Positions 8,875-23,384 of a DNA stretch of 64,000 bases are shown in pieces. Position numbers and translations under genes: made by a program. The stretch is from Acidimicrobiales bacterium (GTDB lineage: Bacteria; Actinomycetota; Acidimicrobiia; Acidimicrobiales; RAAP-2). The notes beneath the pieces were generated by a model. It searched no databases. It saw nothing but the letters and a program-made list of their open reading frames with translations, and had not been told where the DNA came from. Numbering within the stretch: the stretch's first letter is position 1; each line of letters begins with the position of its first letter. Where the stretch lies: the NCBI GenBank assembly GCA_035533455.1, contig DATLTT010000028.1, positions 17,132-81,131 of the forward strand, in the 5' to 3' direction.

Positions 8875-10739
8875 TGAACGGTCAAGGTAACGGTGGACTT
8901 GTAGGCCACCATCGTGCCGGCGGCCGGGCTCTCCGAGAGGACCTTCGTCCACTTCGACGAGTTCGAGTTGTGTCCCACCGTCTTGTAGTACAACGAGGCC
9001 TTCGTGAACGCCGCTATCACCTGAGCCTGATTGTCGCCCACCACGTTCGGCGCGGCCCGCAGACCCTGACCGGCGAGGGTCGTCGTGGTGGTGGGTGTTC
9101 CTGACGTCGTGGTCGTCGGCGTCGTCGTCGTGGTCGTCGTCGACGACGGCGAAGGACCCTTCGAGACCGAGAGCACGACCGCGGCGTGCAAGGGCACCAC
9201 GAGAGGGTTCTGGCGTTTGTTGTAGAGCACGCGCGCGACGCCGTTGATCGGCACCGTAGGCGAGAAGATCGCGGCCGTCGCCGGGCAGCTCGCCCGTACG
9301 TGCAGCGCCGAGAGTTGCGCCGCGGCCGCGGCACAGGACTTGCCCACCAGGTTGGTCGGCATCGTGACGAGGACGGGCCCCTTCGAGACGCTCGCCGTGA
9401 TGGTCGACCCGGACTTGGCTGAGGTTCCGGCCGCTGGCGACTGCGTGACGATGTTGCCCGCCGGCACGCTTGCCGAGAACACGTGGTTCGTGACGCTCAG
9501 GGTGTACCCGTCGGCCGTGAGGACCGTCGACTCTTGGGCGACACTGTGGCCGATCAGATTGGGAACGACGTGACTCTTCGTGAACAGTCCGGACTTCCAC
9601 GCCGCTCCCACCGCGATGAGTACGACGGCGAGCCCGAGCGCCGCGATGATGAGACCCCATCGACGTGGATCACTCGGCATGTCGTACTGAGCGCGCTCGA
9701 ATCGCGGCGTGCGCCCCACCGGTCCGCGCGGGCCACTGGGTGAGAACGCGCCAGCTCCGACGTTGGCGCGGGGCCGCGCGACGCGAGCGAAACTACTTGG
9801 CGCGTCGCGCGAGGCGCCCACGATCTGATCGGCCGAAGGAGCTTGAAAGCCGATCGAACTGCGCGGTTCTTGTGGCGCGAAATTCGCGAGCAGTGGTAGC
9901 TCCTCAGTTCCCGGACGAACGACGACGGGCGCGGCGTCGTTGACGACCGCGCCGAGTCGCGCGGAGAACTGTTCGGCGTCGAGGCGAAGCCTTGGATCGG
10001 GCACGGCCGCCTGGGCCAGCACCATGTCGAGAGATCCGAGTTCCAGTCGGACGGGTAGCGGCGTGTCGAGTCGCGCCCGAAGAATCGCTTCGGGCGTCGT
10101 CCCCTCGTAGGCCGCGCTGCCGGTGACGGCCTCGAAAAGAATCAGGGCGAGCGCGTAGACGTCGCTCTCGGAGGTGGCGGGTTCACCAATCGCCTGTTCG
10201 GGCGAGATGTAACGGGCGTCGTCGAGGGTCATGCGCTCGCGGTAGTTCGCCGCCAGTCCGGCGAGGGCGACGTCGCTCACGCGAACCTGGCCGTCGGCGT
10301 CGAAGAGCAGTTTCGAGGGTGAAAGCGAGCCGAGCACGAATCCCTGCTCGTGGACGTACGCGAGCGCGCTCGCGACGTCGCGACCGAGGCGCGCGCCGTC
10401 GTCGATGCTGAACCGGCGTCCGGCACCAAGGACGTCCTCGAGCGATCCCCCGCTCAAATACTCGCTGATCATGAAGATCGCCCCGGACTCTTGCCCGCCG
10501 TCGAAGACGCGCGCGAGATGGGGGTGGCTGAGCGTGGCGGCCCGGATGATGTGGTCGCGAAAGGCTCGTCGTATCTGCTCGTGTGCCGCGAGATCGGCGA
10601 GGAGAACTTTTACCGCGACCCGACGGTGCAACGAGAGATCCTCGGCGACGTAAACCTCGGCGGTCTGGCCCACCCCGAGTAGGTCACGGATGCGGTAGCG
10701 GCCAGCGAGCGTGTGGTCGGGTGAGAAGGTAGGCGCCAT
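8871..10739 (-). CDS. PknB-like membrane protein with degenerate kinase domain, one TM segment and three PASTA repeats (predicted pseudokinase)
   Basis: 622 aa. Kinase-fold N-terminus (GRYRIRDLLGVGQTAEVYVAEDLSLHRRVAVKVL...YISPEQ...SDVYALALILFEAVTG). TM segment WGLIIAALGLAVVLIAVGAAW. Three PASTA-like units (VPNLIG..., PTNLVGKSC..., APNVVGDNQ...). See the findings for motif decay. Confidence 0.85.
   Translation of the reverse strand: MAPTFSPDHTLAGRYRIRDLLGVGQTAEVYVAEDLSLHRRVAVKVLLADLAAHEQIRRAFRDHIIRAATLSHPHLARVFDGGQESGAIFMISEYLSGGSLEDVLGAGRRFSIDDGARLGRDVASALAYVHEQGFVLGSLSPSKLLFDADGQVRVSDVALAGLAANYRERMTLDDARYISPEQAIGEPATSESDVYALALILFEAVTGSAAYEGTTPEAILRARLDTPLPVRLELGSLDMVLAQAAVPDPRLRLDAEQFSARLGAVVNDAAPVVVRPGTEELPLLANFAPQEPRSSIGFQAPSADQIVGASRDAPSSFARVARPRANVGAGAFSPSGPRGPVGRTPRFERAQYDMPSDPRRWGLIIAALGLAVVLIAVGAAWKSGLFTKSHVVPNLIGHSVAQESTVLTADGYTLSVTNHVFSASVPAGNIVTQSPAAGTSAKSGSTITASVSKGPVLVTMPTNLVGKSCAAAAAQLSALHVRASCPATAAIFSPTVPINGVARVLYNKRQNPLVVPLHAAVVLSVSKGPSPSSTTTTTTTPTTTTSGTPTTTTTLAGQGLRAAPNVVGDNQAQVIAAFTKASLYYKTVGHNSNSSKWTKVLSESPAAGTMVAYKSTVTLTVQ
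9078..9152 (-). repeat. Thr/Pro-rich low-complexity linker (ACS-codon run) between PASTA 2 and 3
   Basis: Encodes SPSSTTTTTTTPTTTTSGTPTTTTT. The plus strand shows a run of cgt/ggt triplets. Confidence 0.8.
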
Positions 10740-10763
10740 CGGCTAAACCCTAGTAAGGAAGTC

Positions 10764-13852
<3,089 letters not shown>

Positions 13853-13880
13853 CCCACCAGTCTGCCAGGCGAAGCGGCGC

Positions 13881-15047
13881 CTACGCGTCGGCCCTCAGTC
13901 GATAGACCACCTCGGAAAGGATCCCGATCAACGCGTCGACGTCGCGATCGGTGGTTTCGGCGCCCATCGAGAATCGAACGGATCCGCGAGCGCGCTCGGG
14001 TGAGACCCCCATGGCTTCGAGGACGTGGCTCTGGGTCGCGGCGCCACTCGAGCAGCTCGCGGCCGCGGAGGCGCACACTCCTTCTTGGTCTAGCAAGAAG
14101 AGCAACTCGTCACTCGCGAGACCTTCGAACGTTACGTGCACCGTCCCGGGCACGCGCGACGCGCTGGGCGCCGTGATCGCACAGCCGGGCAGGAAACTCA
14201 GCGCCGCCGTCAACTTGTACTGGTAGTCGAGCACGCGATCGGTGACTTCGGACAGTTCGTCCTTGGCGACGCGAAGCGCCGTCGCGAGGCCCACCACCGC
14301 CGCGACGTCGACCGTGCCGCCGCGGCGACCACGTTCCTGTCCTCCACCGGGCGTCACCGCGTCGAGGACCACGTCGCCACGAAGGACGAGGGCGCCGGCG
14401 TTGACGGGACCACCGAGTTTGTGCGCGCAGATCGAGATCATGTCCGACGTCGCGGTGATCGTGGACAGACTCAGCCACGGGGCGGCCGCGACGGCGTCGG
14501 TGTGTGTCGTGACCCCACCCGTGACGACACTCTTCGCGATGGCGTTCACTCCGTCGAGCGGTTGGCGAATACCGGTTTCGTTGTTCACCGCCATCACGCT
14601 CACCAGCGCCGTGTTGGCGTTGACGAGCTCGTGCAGGGAGTCGAGGTCCACGACGCCGTCCGCGTCCACGTCGACGTAGCGAACGCTGACGTCGTCGTAG
14701 TCGCGCGCCATCATCTCGGCCGCGTCGGCGACGGCGTGGTGCTCGATCTTCGAGATCACGATCTCGGAATGAGCGCTCGTGCGACGATGGTGGTTGGTCA
14801 CCCCCACGATCGCCAGGTGACACGACTCGGTGCCGCCCGCCGTGAAGATGACGCCGCCTGGTTTGGCGCCGACGAAGTCCGCGACCACGTCGCGCGCCTC
14901 TTCGACGGCCCGCCGAGCGTCACGCGCCGCGCGGTGGCTTCCCGACGGGTTCCCTACGACGCCGTGCTGCCACGGTGCCATGGCCTCGGTGACTTCGTCA
15001 CGCCGCGGTGCGGAGGCGGCGTGATCGAAGTAGTACTGCTCGGTCAT
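13881..15047 (-). CDS. iscS: cysteine desulfurase (NifS/IscS family)
   Basis: 388 aa. Sequence SICAHKLGGP with the PLP lysine, a C-terminal active-site loop SAAASCSSGA, and adjacency to mnmA. Confidence 0.85.
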   Translation of the reverse strand: MTEQYYFDHAASAPRRDEVTEAMAPWQHGVVGNPSGSHRAARDARRAVEEARDVVADFVGAKPGGVIFTAGGTESCHLAIVGVTNHHRRTSAHSEIVISKIEHHAVADAAEMMARDYDDVSVRYVDVDADGVVDLDSLHELVNANTALVSVMAVNNETGIRQPLDGVNAIAKSVVTGGVTTHTDAVAAAPWLSLSTITATSDMISICAHKLGGPVNAGALVLRGDVVLDAVTPGGGQERGRRGGTVDVAAVVGLATALRVAKDELSEVTDRVLDYQYKLTAALSFLPGCAITAPSASRVPGTVHVTFEGLASDELLFLLDQEGVCASAAASCSSGAATQSHVLEAMGVSPERARGSVRFSMGAETTDRDVDALIGILSEVVYRLRADA

Positions 15048-16408
15048 GCGACAAAGAAAGACTTTTGATTCGTGAACTCGCGAGCGCCGAACGTCGAGAG
15101 TTCACGGCCGTAGCCCGACTGCTTCGTCCCGCCAAAGGGCAGTTCGTTCATCGAAGCCACGATGGCGTTCGCGAAGACCGTGCCGACGTCAAGACCCTTG
15201 ATGGCTTCGTCGATCTCCATCGCGTCCTTCGCCCACACGGCACCGCCGAGGCCCCAGGGCGTGTCGTTGGCCACGCGGATGGCGTCGGCGAGATCGTCCG
15301 CCACCAACACCACCGAGACCGGTCCAAAGAGTTCTTCGCAGCCCGCGCGCGAGTCGCGCGGCACGTTCGTCAACACCGTCGCGGGATAGTACCAACCCGT
15401 TCGATCGGGCACCGAGCCACCGACCAGGGCCGTCGCGCCCTGGTCGATCGAAGCCGAGACCTGGGCCGCCAGCTCGTCGCGCTGGGCCCTCGACACCAAG
15501 GGTCCAAGTTCCGTCGCGGGGTCCATGGGGTCACCCATCCGTACGGCGCCCATCGCGGTCGCGTAGAGCTCGAGGAACTCATCGGCCCGGTCGCGAACGA
15601 CGATGAAGCGCTTAGAGGCGATGCACGCCTGCCCGTTGTTCTGGATTCGCGCCGTGACCGCCATCGGCACGGTGCGCTCCATGTCCGCCGAGCTCGCCAC
15701 GATGAAGGGATCGGAGCCGCCAAGTTCGAGGACGCACTTCTTCAAGTGCTTGCCCGCCAGTTCGCCCACCGAACGCCCCGCCTTGTCCGAACCCGTCAGC
15801 GACACGGCGACGACGCGGGGGTCGGCGATGATGTCGGACACCGCGGCGTGTCCGACGAAGAGCGTGCTGAGCACGCCTGGCGTGAAGCCGGCACGAATGA
15901 AGAGGTCCTCCAAGTAGCTCGCGCATCCAGGAAGGTTCGACGCGTGTTTGAAGGCGACGACGTTACCGGCCATGATCGCCGGTATGGCCTGGCGAACCAC
16001 TTGCCACAACGGGAAGTTCCACGGCATCACCGAGAAGATCACGCCGATGGGATCGAATCGAACGCCGCTACGCGAACCGATGGTGGGCAGACTCTCTTCT
16101 CGTAACATCGACTCGGCGTGCTCGGCAAAGTAACGCATCGTCGCCACGCACTTCATGGCCTCGCCCTTGGCGGCGGCGAAGGTCTTACCCATCTCGCTCG
16201 TCATAAGCTCGGCGACGACTGGCACCTCGCTGTCAAGCAGATCGGCCGCGCTCTTCATCACTAGACCTCGCTCGGCAAAGGACAGATTCTTCCAGCTCTC
16301 GAAGGCCCGTGAGGCAGTGTCGAGCACTTGATCGATCTCCTTGGGCGTGTGGTTCGCGATCTCGTTGATGACTTGTTCGGTGGCTGGGTTTATGGCGACG
16401 AAGGGCAT
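15044..16408 (-). CDS. NAD(P)-dependent aldehyde dehydrogenase, succinate-semialdehyde dehydrogenase-like
   Basis: 454 aa. Sequence VLELGGSDP...NNGQACIASKR, carrying the catalytic Glu and Cys motifs of the ALDH family. Its length and N-terminus are typical of the short SSADH clade. Confidence 0.8.
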   Translation of the reverse strand: MPFVAINPATEQVINEIANHTPKEIDQVLDTASRAFESWKNLSFAERGLVMKSAADLLDSEVPVVAELMTSEMGKTFAAAKGEAMKCVATMRYFAEHAESMLREESLPTIGSRSGVRFDPIGVIFSVMPWNFPLWQVVRQAIPAIMAGNVVAFKHASNLPGCASYLEDLFIRAGFTPGVLSTLFVGHAAVSDIIADPRVVAVSLTGSDKAGRSVGELAGKHLKKCVLELGGSDPFIVASSADMERTVPMAVTARIQNNGQACIASKRFIVVRDRADEFLELYATAMGAVRMGDPMDPATELGPLVSRAQRDELAAQVSASIDQGATALVGGSVPDRTGWYYPATVLTNVPRDSRAGCEELFGPVSVVLVADDLADAIRVANDTPWGLGGAVWAKDAMEIDEAIKGLDVGTVFANAIVASMNELPFGGTKQSGYGRELSTFGAREFTNQKSFFVA

Positions 16409-16412
16409 AGGA

Positions 16413-17663
16413 CTAGTCTGCCAGTAAAACCGCCGACTGCGTCGTGGGCGAACCCATTTCGACCCAGAAATCGGGGTTAAAAAACTTTAGGCCGACCAGG
16501 ACCAGGACGAGCAATCCCGACCCGACGAGCGTCACGTGACGAACGCCAAAACTCTTCGCGAGGTCGGCCTGGACGAAGGCCCCGAGGGGATAGAACATCG
16601 ACAGCGAGAGGGTGTAGAGAGCGAGTATCCTCGAGCGCTCCGCGCGCGGCGCGTGAACCTGGACCGACGTGTTCAGTCCCGTCAGTGTGCCCATGTAGGC
16701 ACCACCCAAGATGACCATCGCCGCCACCGCGCATCCCAAGTTGGGCGAGATCGCGTACAGCGCGAGCGCCCCGGCGACGACGCCAATCGAGGCCCGTAGG
16801 ACCCTCAAACGCGACGTACGTTTGGCGATCGTCGGCAACGTCAACGCCGCCGTCACCGCGCCCACGCCCTGGGCCGTCACCAGCCAGGTGGTGCCGATCC
16901 GGCCCGAGTGCAAGACGATGATGGCCATCGCGGGTACGAGCGCGATGAACGGGCTCGCGACAACGGCGACCGTTCCTATGGCCAGGATTGGATTGCGACA
17001 TCCCTTCACGCCCCAGGCGCGCTTCGCGCCGTACCACGTCTCGGCGAAGAAGCGGACCTTGGTGGAAACTCTCTCTCTCGGTGGCGTTCGCACGAAGGAG
17101 AAGACGACTAACACGAAGATGAACGAGGCGGCGTTCAACGCGAAGCAGAGACCCACCGACCCGAGCACCAGTGCCAGTGACGCGCACACCGGACCAATGA
17201 TGCGACCCAAATTGAACTGCGCCGACGAGAGCGACACCGCGGCCAGAACTTCGTCACTGTCGACGAGGTCGGGCAGCAGCGACTGCCACGCCGACCACGA
17301 CGCCGAGCCGCAGAGTCCCTCCGCGACGGCGAGATAACAGGCCAACGACGGCGAGAGGTGGTGCGTCAGCGCCGCCAGCGCGAGGGCACTCGCCGTGGCG
17401 GCCATGATCAAGTTGTTGAGTTGAATCCACCGTTGGCGACTCCACCGATCGGCGACGACGCCACCGATCGGGGCACCGATGATGGCTGGCGTCCACGCGG
17501 CCACCGTCAAGAGTCCGAGCCAGAGGGGATTCTTCGTCGTCTCGGTGAGATAGATACCGAGCGCCACGCTCTGCATCCAGGTGCCGGTCGACGAAACGAA
17601 CGACGAGGTCATCGCGAGTGCGAAGCTCCGATGTCGTAGTGGAGCCAACGAAGCCAACGCCAT
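16413..17663 (-). CDS. MFS transporter
   Basis: 416 aa. About 12 hydrophobic segments and the GGVVADRWSRQRWI loop-2/3 motif. Confidence 0.85.
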   Translation of the reverse strand: MALASLAPLRHRSFALAMTSSFVSSTGTWMQSVALGIYLTETTKNPLWLGLLTVAAWTPAIIGAPIGGVVADRWSRQRWIQLNNLIMAATASALALAALTHHLSPSLACYLAVAEGLCGSASWSAWQSLLPDLVDSDEVLAAVSLSSAQFNLGRIIGPVCASLALVLGSVGLCFALNAASFIFVLVVFSFVRTPPRERVSTKVRFFAETWYGAKRAWGVKGCRNPILAIGTVAVVASPFIALVPAMAIIVLHSGRIGTTWLVTAQGVGAVTAALTLPTIAKRTSRLRVLRASIGVVAGALALYAISPNLGCAVAAMVILGGAYMGTLTGLNTSVQVHAPRAERSRILALYTLSLSMFYPLGAFVQADLAKSFGVRHVTLVGSGLLVLVLVGLKFFNPDFWVEMGSPTTQSAVLLAD

Positions 17664-17699
17664 TGTTTATCAACCTACCGGGTTCAGTGAAAGCGCGAC

Positions 17700-17831
17700 C
17701 TACTCTTCGGGCGACGACTCTTCCTTGTGACGAGGCCGAAGGGCGAACCACCACACGGAGACGATCGTCGCCAACGCCCCGATGACCCCGATACTTGATT
17801 TGACGGTCTTCGCTCTGCTCTTGTCGGCCAC
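17700..17831 (-). CDS. possible 43-aa single-pass membrane peptide
   Basis: My translation: GTG-ADKSRAKTVKSSIGVIGALATIVSVWWFALRPRHKEESSPEE-TAG. It has one hydrophobic helix. It is below the track length cutoff and I saw no homology. Confidence 0.3.
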   Translation of the reverse strand: MADKSRAKTVKSSIGVIGALATIVSVWWFALRPRHKEESSPEE

Positions 17832-17843
17832 GGCTCCATCGTA

Positions 17844-17886
17844 CCGAGCGAACGCCCGGGGCTCGTCGCCCCGGGCGTTCGCTCGG
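17844..17886 (-). terminator. 18-bp perfect GC-rich hairpin downstream of the YceI gene
   Basis: CCGAGCGAACGCCCGGGG (17844-17861), loop ctcgtcg, CCCCGGGCGTTCGCTCGG (17869-17886). It lies 14 nt after the YceI stop and has no U-tract. Confidence 0.6.
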
Positions 17887-17899
17887 CGGTTGACGCTTG

Positions 17900-18445
17900 T
17901 TAGTCCTGCTTCGAGGCCTCGATGGCGATCTCGAGGACGATCTTGTGACTGACGATGAGGCTGCCGTTCTCGAGGGAACCCTCGAAGTTGACGCCGAAGT
18001 CACGGCGGTCGATCTCGGTGGTCGCTTCAAAGCCCACGACCGTCACGCCGGGGAGCATGGAAGGGCTACTTCCCAAGTACTCCACGTCGAACGTCAGGGT
18101 CTTGGTGACGTCACGAACCGTGAGGTCACCCACCAATTCGTACTTGTCGCCACTCTTTGGCGTGATCTTCTTCGACTTGAAAGTCAACTTGGGCCACTTC
18201 TCCTGCTCGAGGAAGTCTGCGCTACGCAAGTGATTGTCACGCATCTCGTTGTTGGTCGAAATGCTGGCGGCCTCAGCCTCAGCCTCGACGTGCGAGGCCT
18301 CGACCGTCTCGCCAATGGTGAGGGTGCCGGAAAAATCGGTGAAACGGCCGCGCACCTTCGAGGCCACGAGGTGCCGGGCCATGAAGCCAAAAGTCGAGTG
18401 GACGGGGTCAATGGTGTAAACACCGGGAGCTGGAACGTTGCTCAT
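17900..18445 (-). CDS. YceI family polyisoprenoid-binding protein
   Basis: 181 aa. Sequence YTIDPVHSTFGFMARHLVASKVRGRFTDFSGTL...NEMRDNHLRSADFL...LTVRDVTKTLTF, the YceI signature. Confidence 0.9.
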   Translation of the reverse strand: MSNVPAPGVYTIDPVHSTFGFMARHLVASKVRGRFTDFSGTLTIGETVEASHVEAEAEAASISTNNEMRDNHLRSADFLEQEKWPKLTFKSKKITPKSGDKYELVGDLTVRDVTKTLTFDVEYLGSSPSMLPGVTVVGFEATTEIDRRDFGVNFEGSLENGSLIVSHKIVLEIAIEASKQD

Positions 18446-18489
18446 ATGGATCTCCTATATATATGGACAGGTAGTTGTCGACCCCATCA

Positions 18490-18537
18490 TAGTTGCTTTT
18501 GCAATTACTTGTCAAGAAGTAACTTAACAAGCAACTA
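18490..18537. promoter_or_regulatory. nested palindrome, candidate MarR operator in the yceI-marR divergent region
   Basis: TAGTTGCTT(18490-98)...TTACTT(18505-10)-N6-AAGTAA(18517-22)...AAGCAACTA(18529-37). The outer and inner arms share one symmetry centre at 18513/18514. Confidence 0.55.
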
Positions 18538-18542
18538 AATGG

Positions 18543-18548
18543 TATGCT
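18543..18548 (+). promoter_or_regulatory. candidate -10 box (TATGCT) giving a leaderless marR mRNA
   Basis: TATGCTgtgcccATG: the A of the ATG at 18555 is 7 nt after the hexamer. There is no SD. The hexamer abuts the palindrome. Confidence 0.35.
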
Positions 18549-19009
18549 GTGCCCATGTCAATCTCGTCGAGTGTGTGCCCCTCGGGTGACGAGAAGGTGG
18601 TCCTCTTCGGGCTCATGCTCGAGACGAACGCCCGGCTCACGAAGGAACTCGGCGCGGCTCTCGAGTCGTCGTGTCAGTTGCCCCTCGCCTGGTTTGGCGT
18701 GTTGCTGGAACTGCGCCAGAGCGCCGATGGTCGCCTCAAGATGAGTCAGATGGCCGACGCCATCGTCCACTCGACCGGAGGCACGACACGACTTATCGAT
18801 CGACTCGAAGCAGCGCGCCTCGTTCGACGTGAGCACTGTCCGAACGACCGCCGCTCGATCTTCGTCGCCATCACGGACGAGGGAAACGCAAAGCTCGACG
18901 AAGCGCTGGGCGTGCACCTCGACTACTTGAACGATCACCTAGGCGCACGTCTCGACAGCGCTGAGCGTGAGCAACTCACTGGGTTGCTGAGCAAACTCAA
19001 CGTGGCGCG

Positions 19010-19013
<4 letters not shown>
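18549..19013 (+). CDS. MarR family transcriptional regulator
   Basis: 154 aa. Winged-helix core LSQMADAIVHSTGGTTRLIDRLEAARLVRREHCPNDRRSIFVAITDEGN. The start may be the ATG at 18555. Confidence 0.9.
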
Positions 19014-22144
<3,131 letters not shown>

Positions 22145-22217
22145 GTATCTCCTTCAATGAACTCTCACATCGTAGTGAACGAGATGAAGCCGTCGAACCC
22201 GCGCCTACTGTGGTGGC

Positions 22218-22691
22218 GTGTCACAACTCATCGTCGGCGACGAGCCCATAACGTCGCACGGTGCGCTCAGCGTCTATCACGCCGCCGTCGACGAACTCAA
22301 TCGCCGCTACGAGGGCAGCGACGAAGGGAGCCACTTACGCACCGATGAGTTGGTGCCCCCGCACGGACTCTTTCTCGTCGCTCGCCTCGACGCTCACCCG
22401 GTGGGCGGTGTTGGACTTCGTACCATCAGCGATCCCGCACTCTTGATCGGCGAGATCAAGCGACTTTGGGTGCGGCCCGACCAACGCCGACGCGGGGTGG
22501 GTGCTCGCCTCATGGACGAGGCCGAAGCGCGCGCTCGAGCGATGGGATTCCGCCGGCTCTACCTCGAGACCGGGTACGCCCAACCCGAGGCGGTCGAACT
22601 CTACCGGCGCAGTAACTGGAACTCGGTGCACGAGTACCCGTCGGGCGCCTATTCGTACCCCGGCGCTTATCGATTCACCAAGGCCCTTTAA
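22218..22691 (+). CDS. GNAT family N-acetyltransferase
   Basis: 157 aa. Sequence LWVRPDQRRRGVGARLMDEAEARARAMGFRRLYLET, the acetyl-CoA binding motif A. Confidence 0.85.
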   Translation: MSQLIVGDEPITSHGALSVYHAAVDELNRRYEGSDEGSHLRTDELVPPHGLFLVARLDAHPVGGVGLRTISDPALLIGEIKRLWVRPDQRRRGVGARLMDEAEARARAMGFRRLYLETGYAQPEAVELYRRSNWNSVHEYPSGAYSYPGAYRFTKAL

Positions 22692-23350
22692 GCGAATCGC
22701 TCGTCGAGCCACTCGGGCGTCAGGTCCTCGAGCGAATCGAGGACGAGATCCGCGAGGAGGAACTCCTGGTGGCCACGATCGTCGTGGGTCGGTACGGCGA
22801 CGACGGTCATGCGGGCCGCCTTCGCGGCCAAAACCCCGGCGGCCGAATCCTCCAGTACGAGACAGACGCTCGGGGCCACGTCCAACGAGGCCGCCGCGGT
22901 GAGAAAGACACCGGGGTGCGGTTTTCCGTAGCGCTCGAACTCGGCGGAATGGATGGACGAAAAGCGCTCGAGCAGTTCGAAGTGTTGGAGGCATCGAAGG
23001 ATGAGCGCCATCGGGGTCGAACTCGCCAACGCCAGGGGCCCCCACTCCCCCGTCAGGTCGAGTGCGCGTAGCGCTCCGGGTAACAGTCGACCTTCGCTCT
23101 CGACGAGATCACCGACGCGACCGAGCAGGAGATTCACGACGTCGTCGCTCGAAGGACCTGACCACGGGTACTTCGCGTACCAGAAGTCGACGACCTCGTT
23201 GACGAACATACCCTTCGTGGATCGTCCTTCAGCGTCGGCGATCGGAACGCCGAGCGACCCGAAGATCTCGACCTCGGCCTTGTGCCAGAGGACCTCGGAG
23301 TCGAGGAGGAGTCCGTCCATGTCGAAGAGCGTCGCTCGTAACGTCACCAC
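22688..23350 (-). CDS. HAD-IA family hydrolase (sugar-phosphatase / beta-phosphoglucomutase-like)
   Basis: Sequence TLFDMDGLLLDSE (DxDG motif I), SSTP (motif II) and LVLEDSAAGVLAAKAARM (motif IV). GTG at 23350 is preceded by AAAGG. The track start at 23365 is slightly longer. Confidence 0.85.
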   Translation of the reverse strand: MVTLRATLFDMDGLLLDSEVLWHKAEVEIFGSLGVPIADAEGRSTKGMFVNEVVDFWYAKYPWSGPSSDDVVNLLLGRVGDLVESEGRLLPGALRALDLTGEWGPLALASSTPMALILRCLQHFELLERFSSIHSAEFERYGKPHPGVFLTAAASLDVAPSVCLVLEDSAAGVLAAKAARMTVVAVPTHDDRGHQEFLLADLVLDSLEDLTPEWLDERFA

Positions 23351-23384
23351 GCAACCTTTACACACCTCGAAGTAGGGTGACTCA

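Noticed and set aside
8875-9660. N-terminal 262 residues of the 360-aa track ORF 8578..9660.
   Set aside because: This part overlaps the PASTA ectodomain coding region in another frame and is Arg/Gly-rich nonsense. Only the last 98 codons, from the ATG at 8874 that overlaps the kinase stop, look like a real protein.
22145-22217. Looked for a T-box leader upstream of ileS, which is known for actinobacterial ileS genes.
   Set aside because: Only 73 nt separate the ileS ATG from the divergent GNAT start. I see no T-box core (GGUGGUACCGCG-like) or specifier hairpin on the minus strand, and the space is too short.
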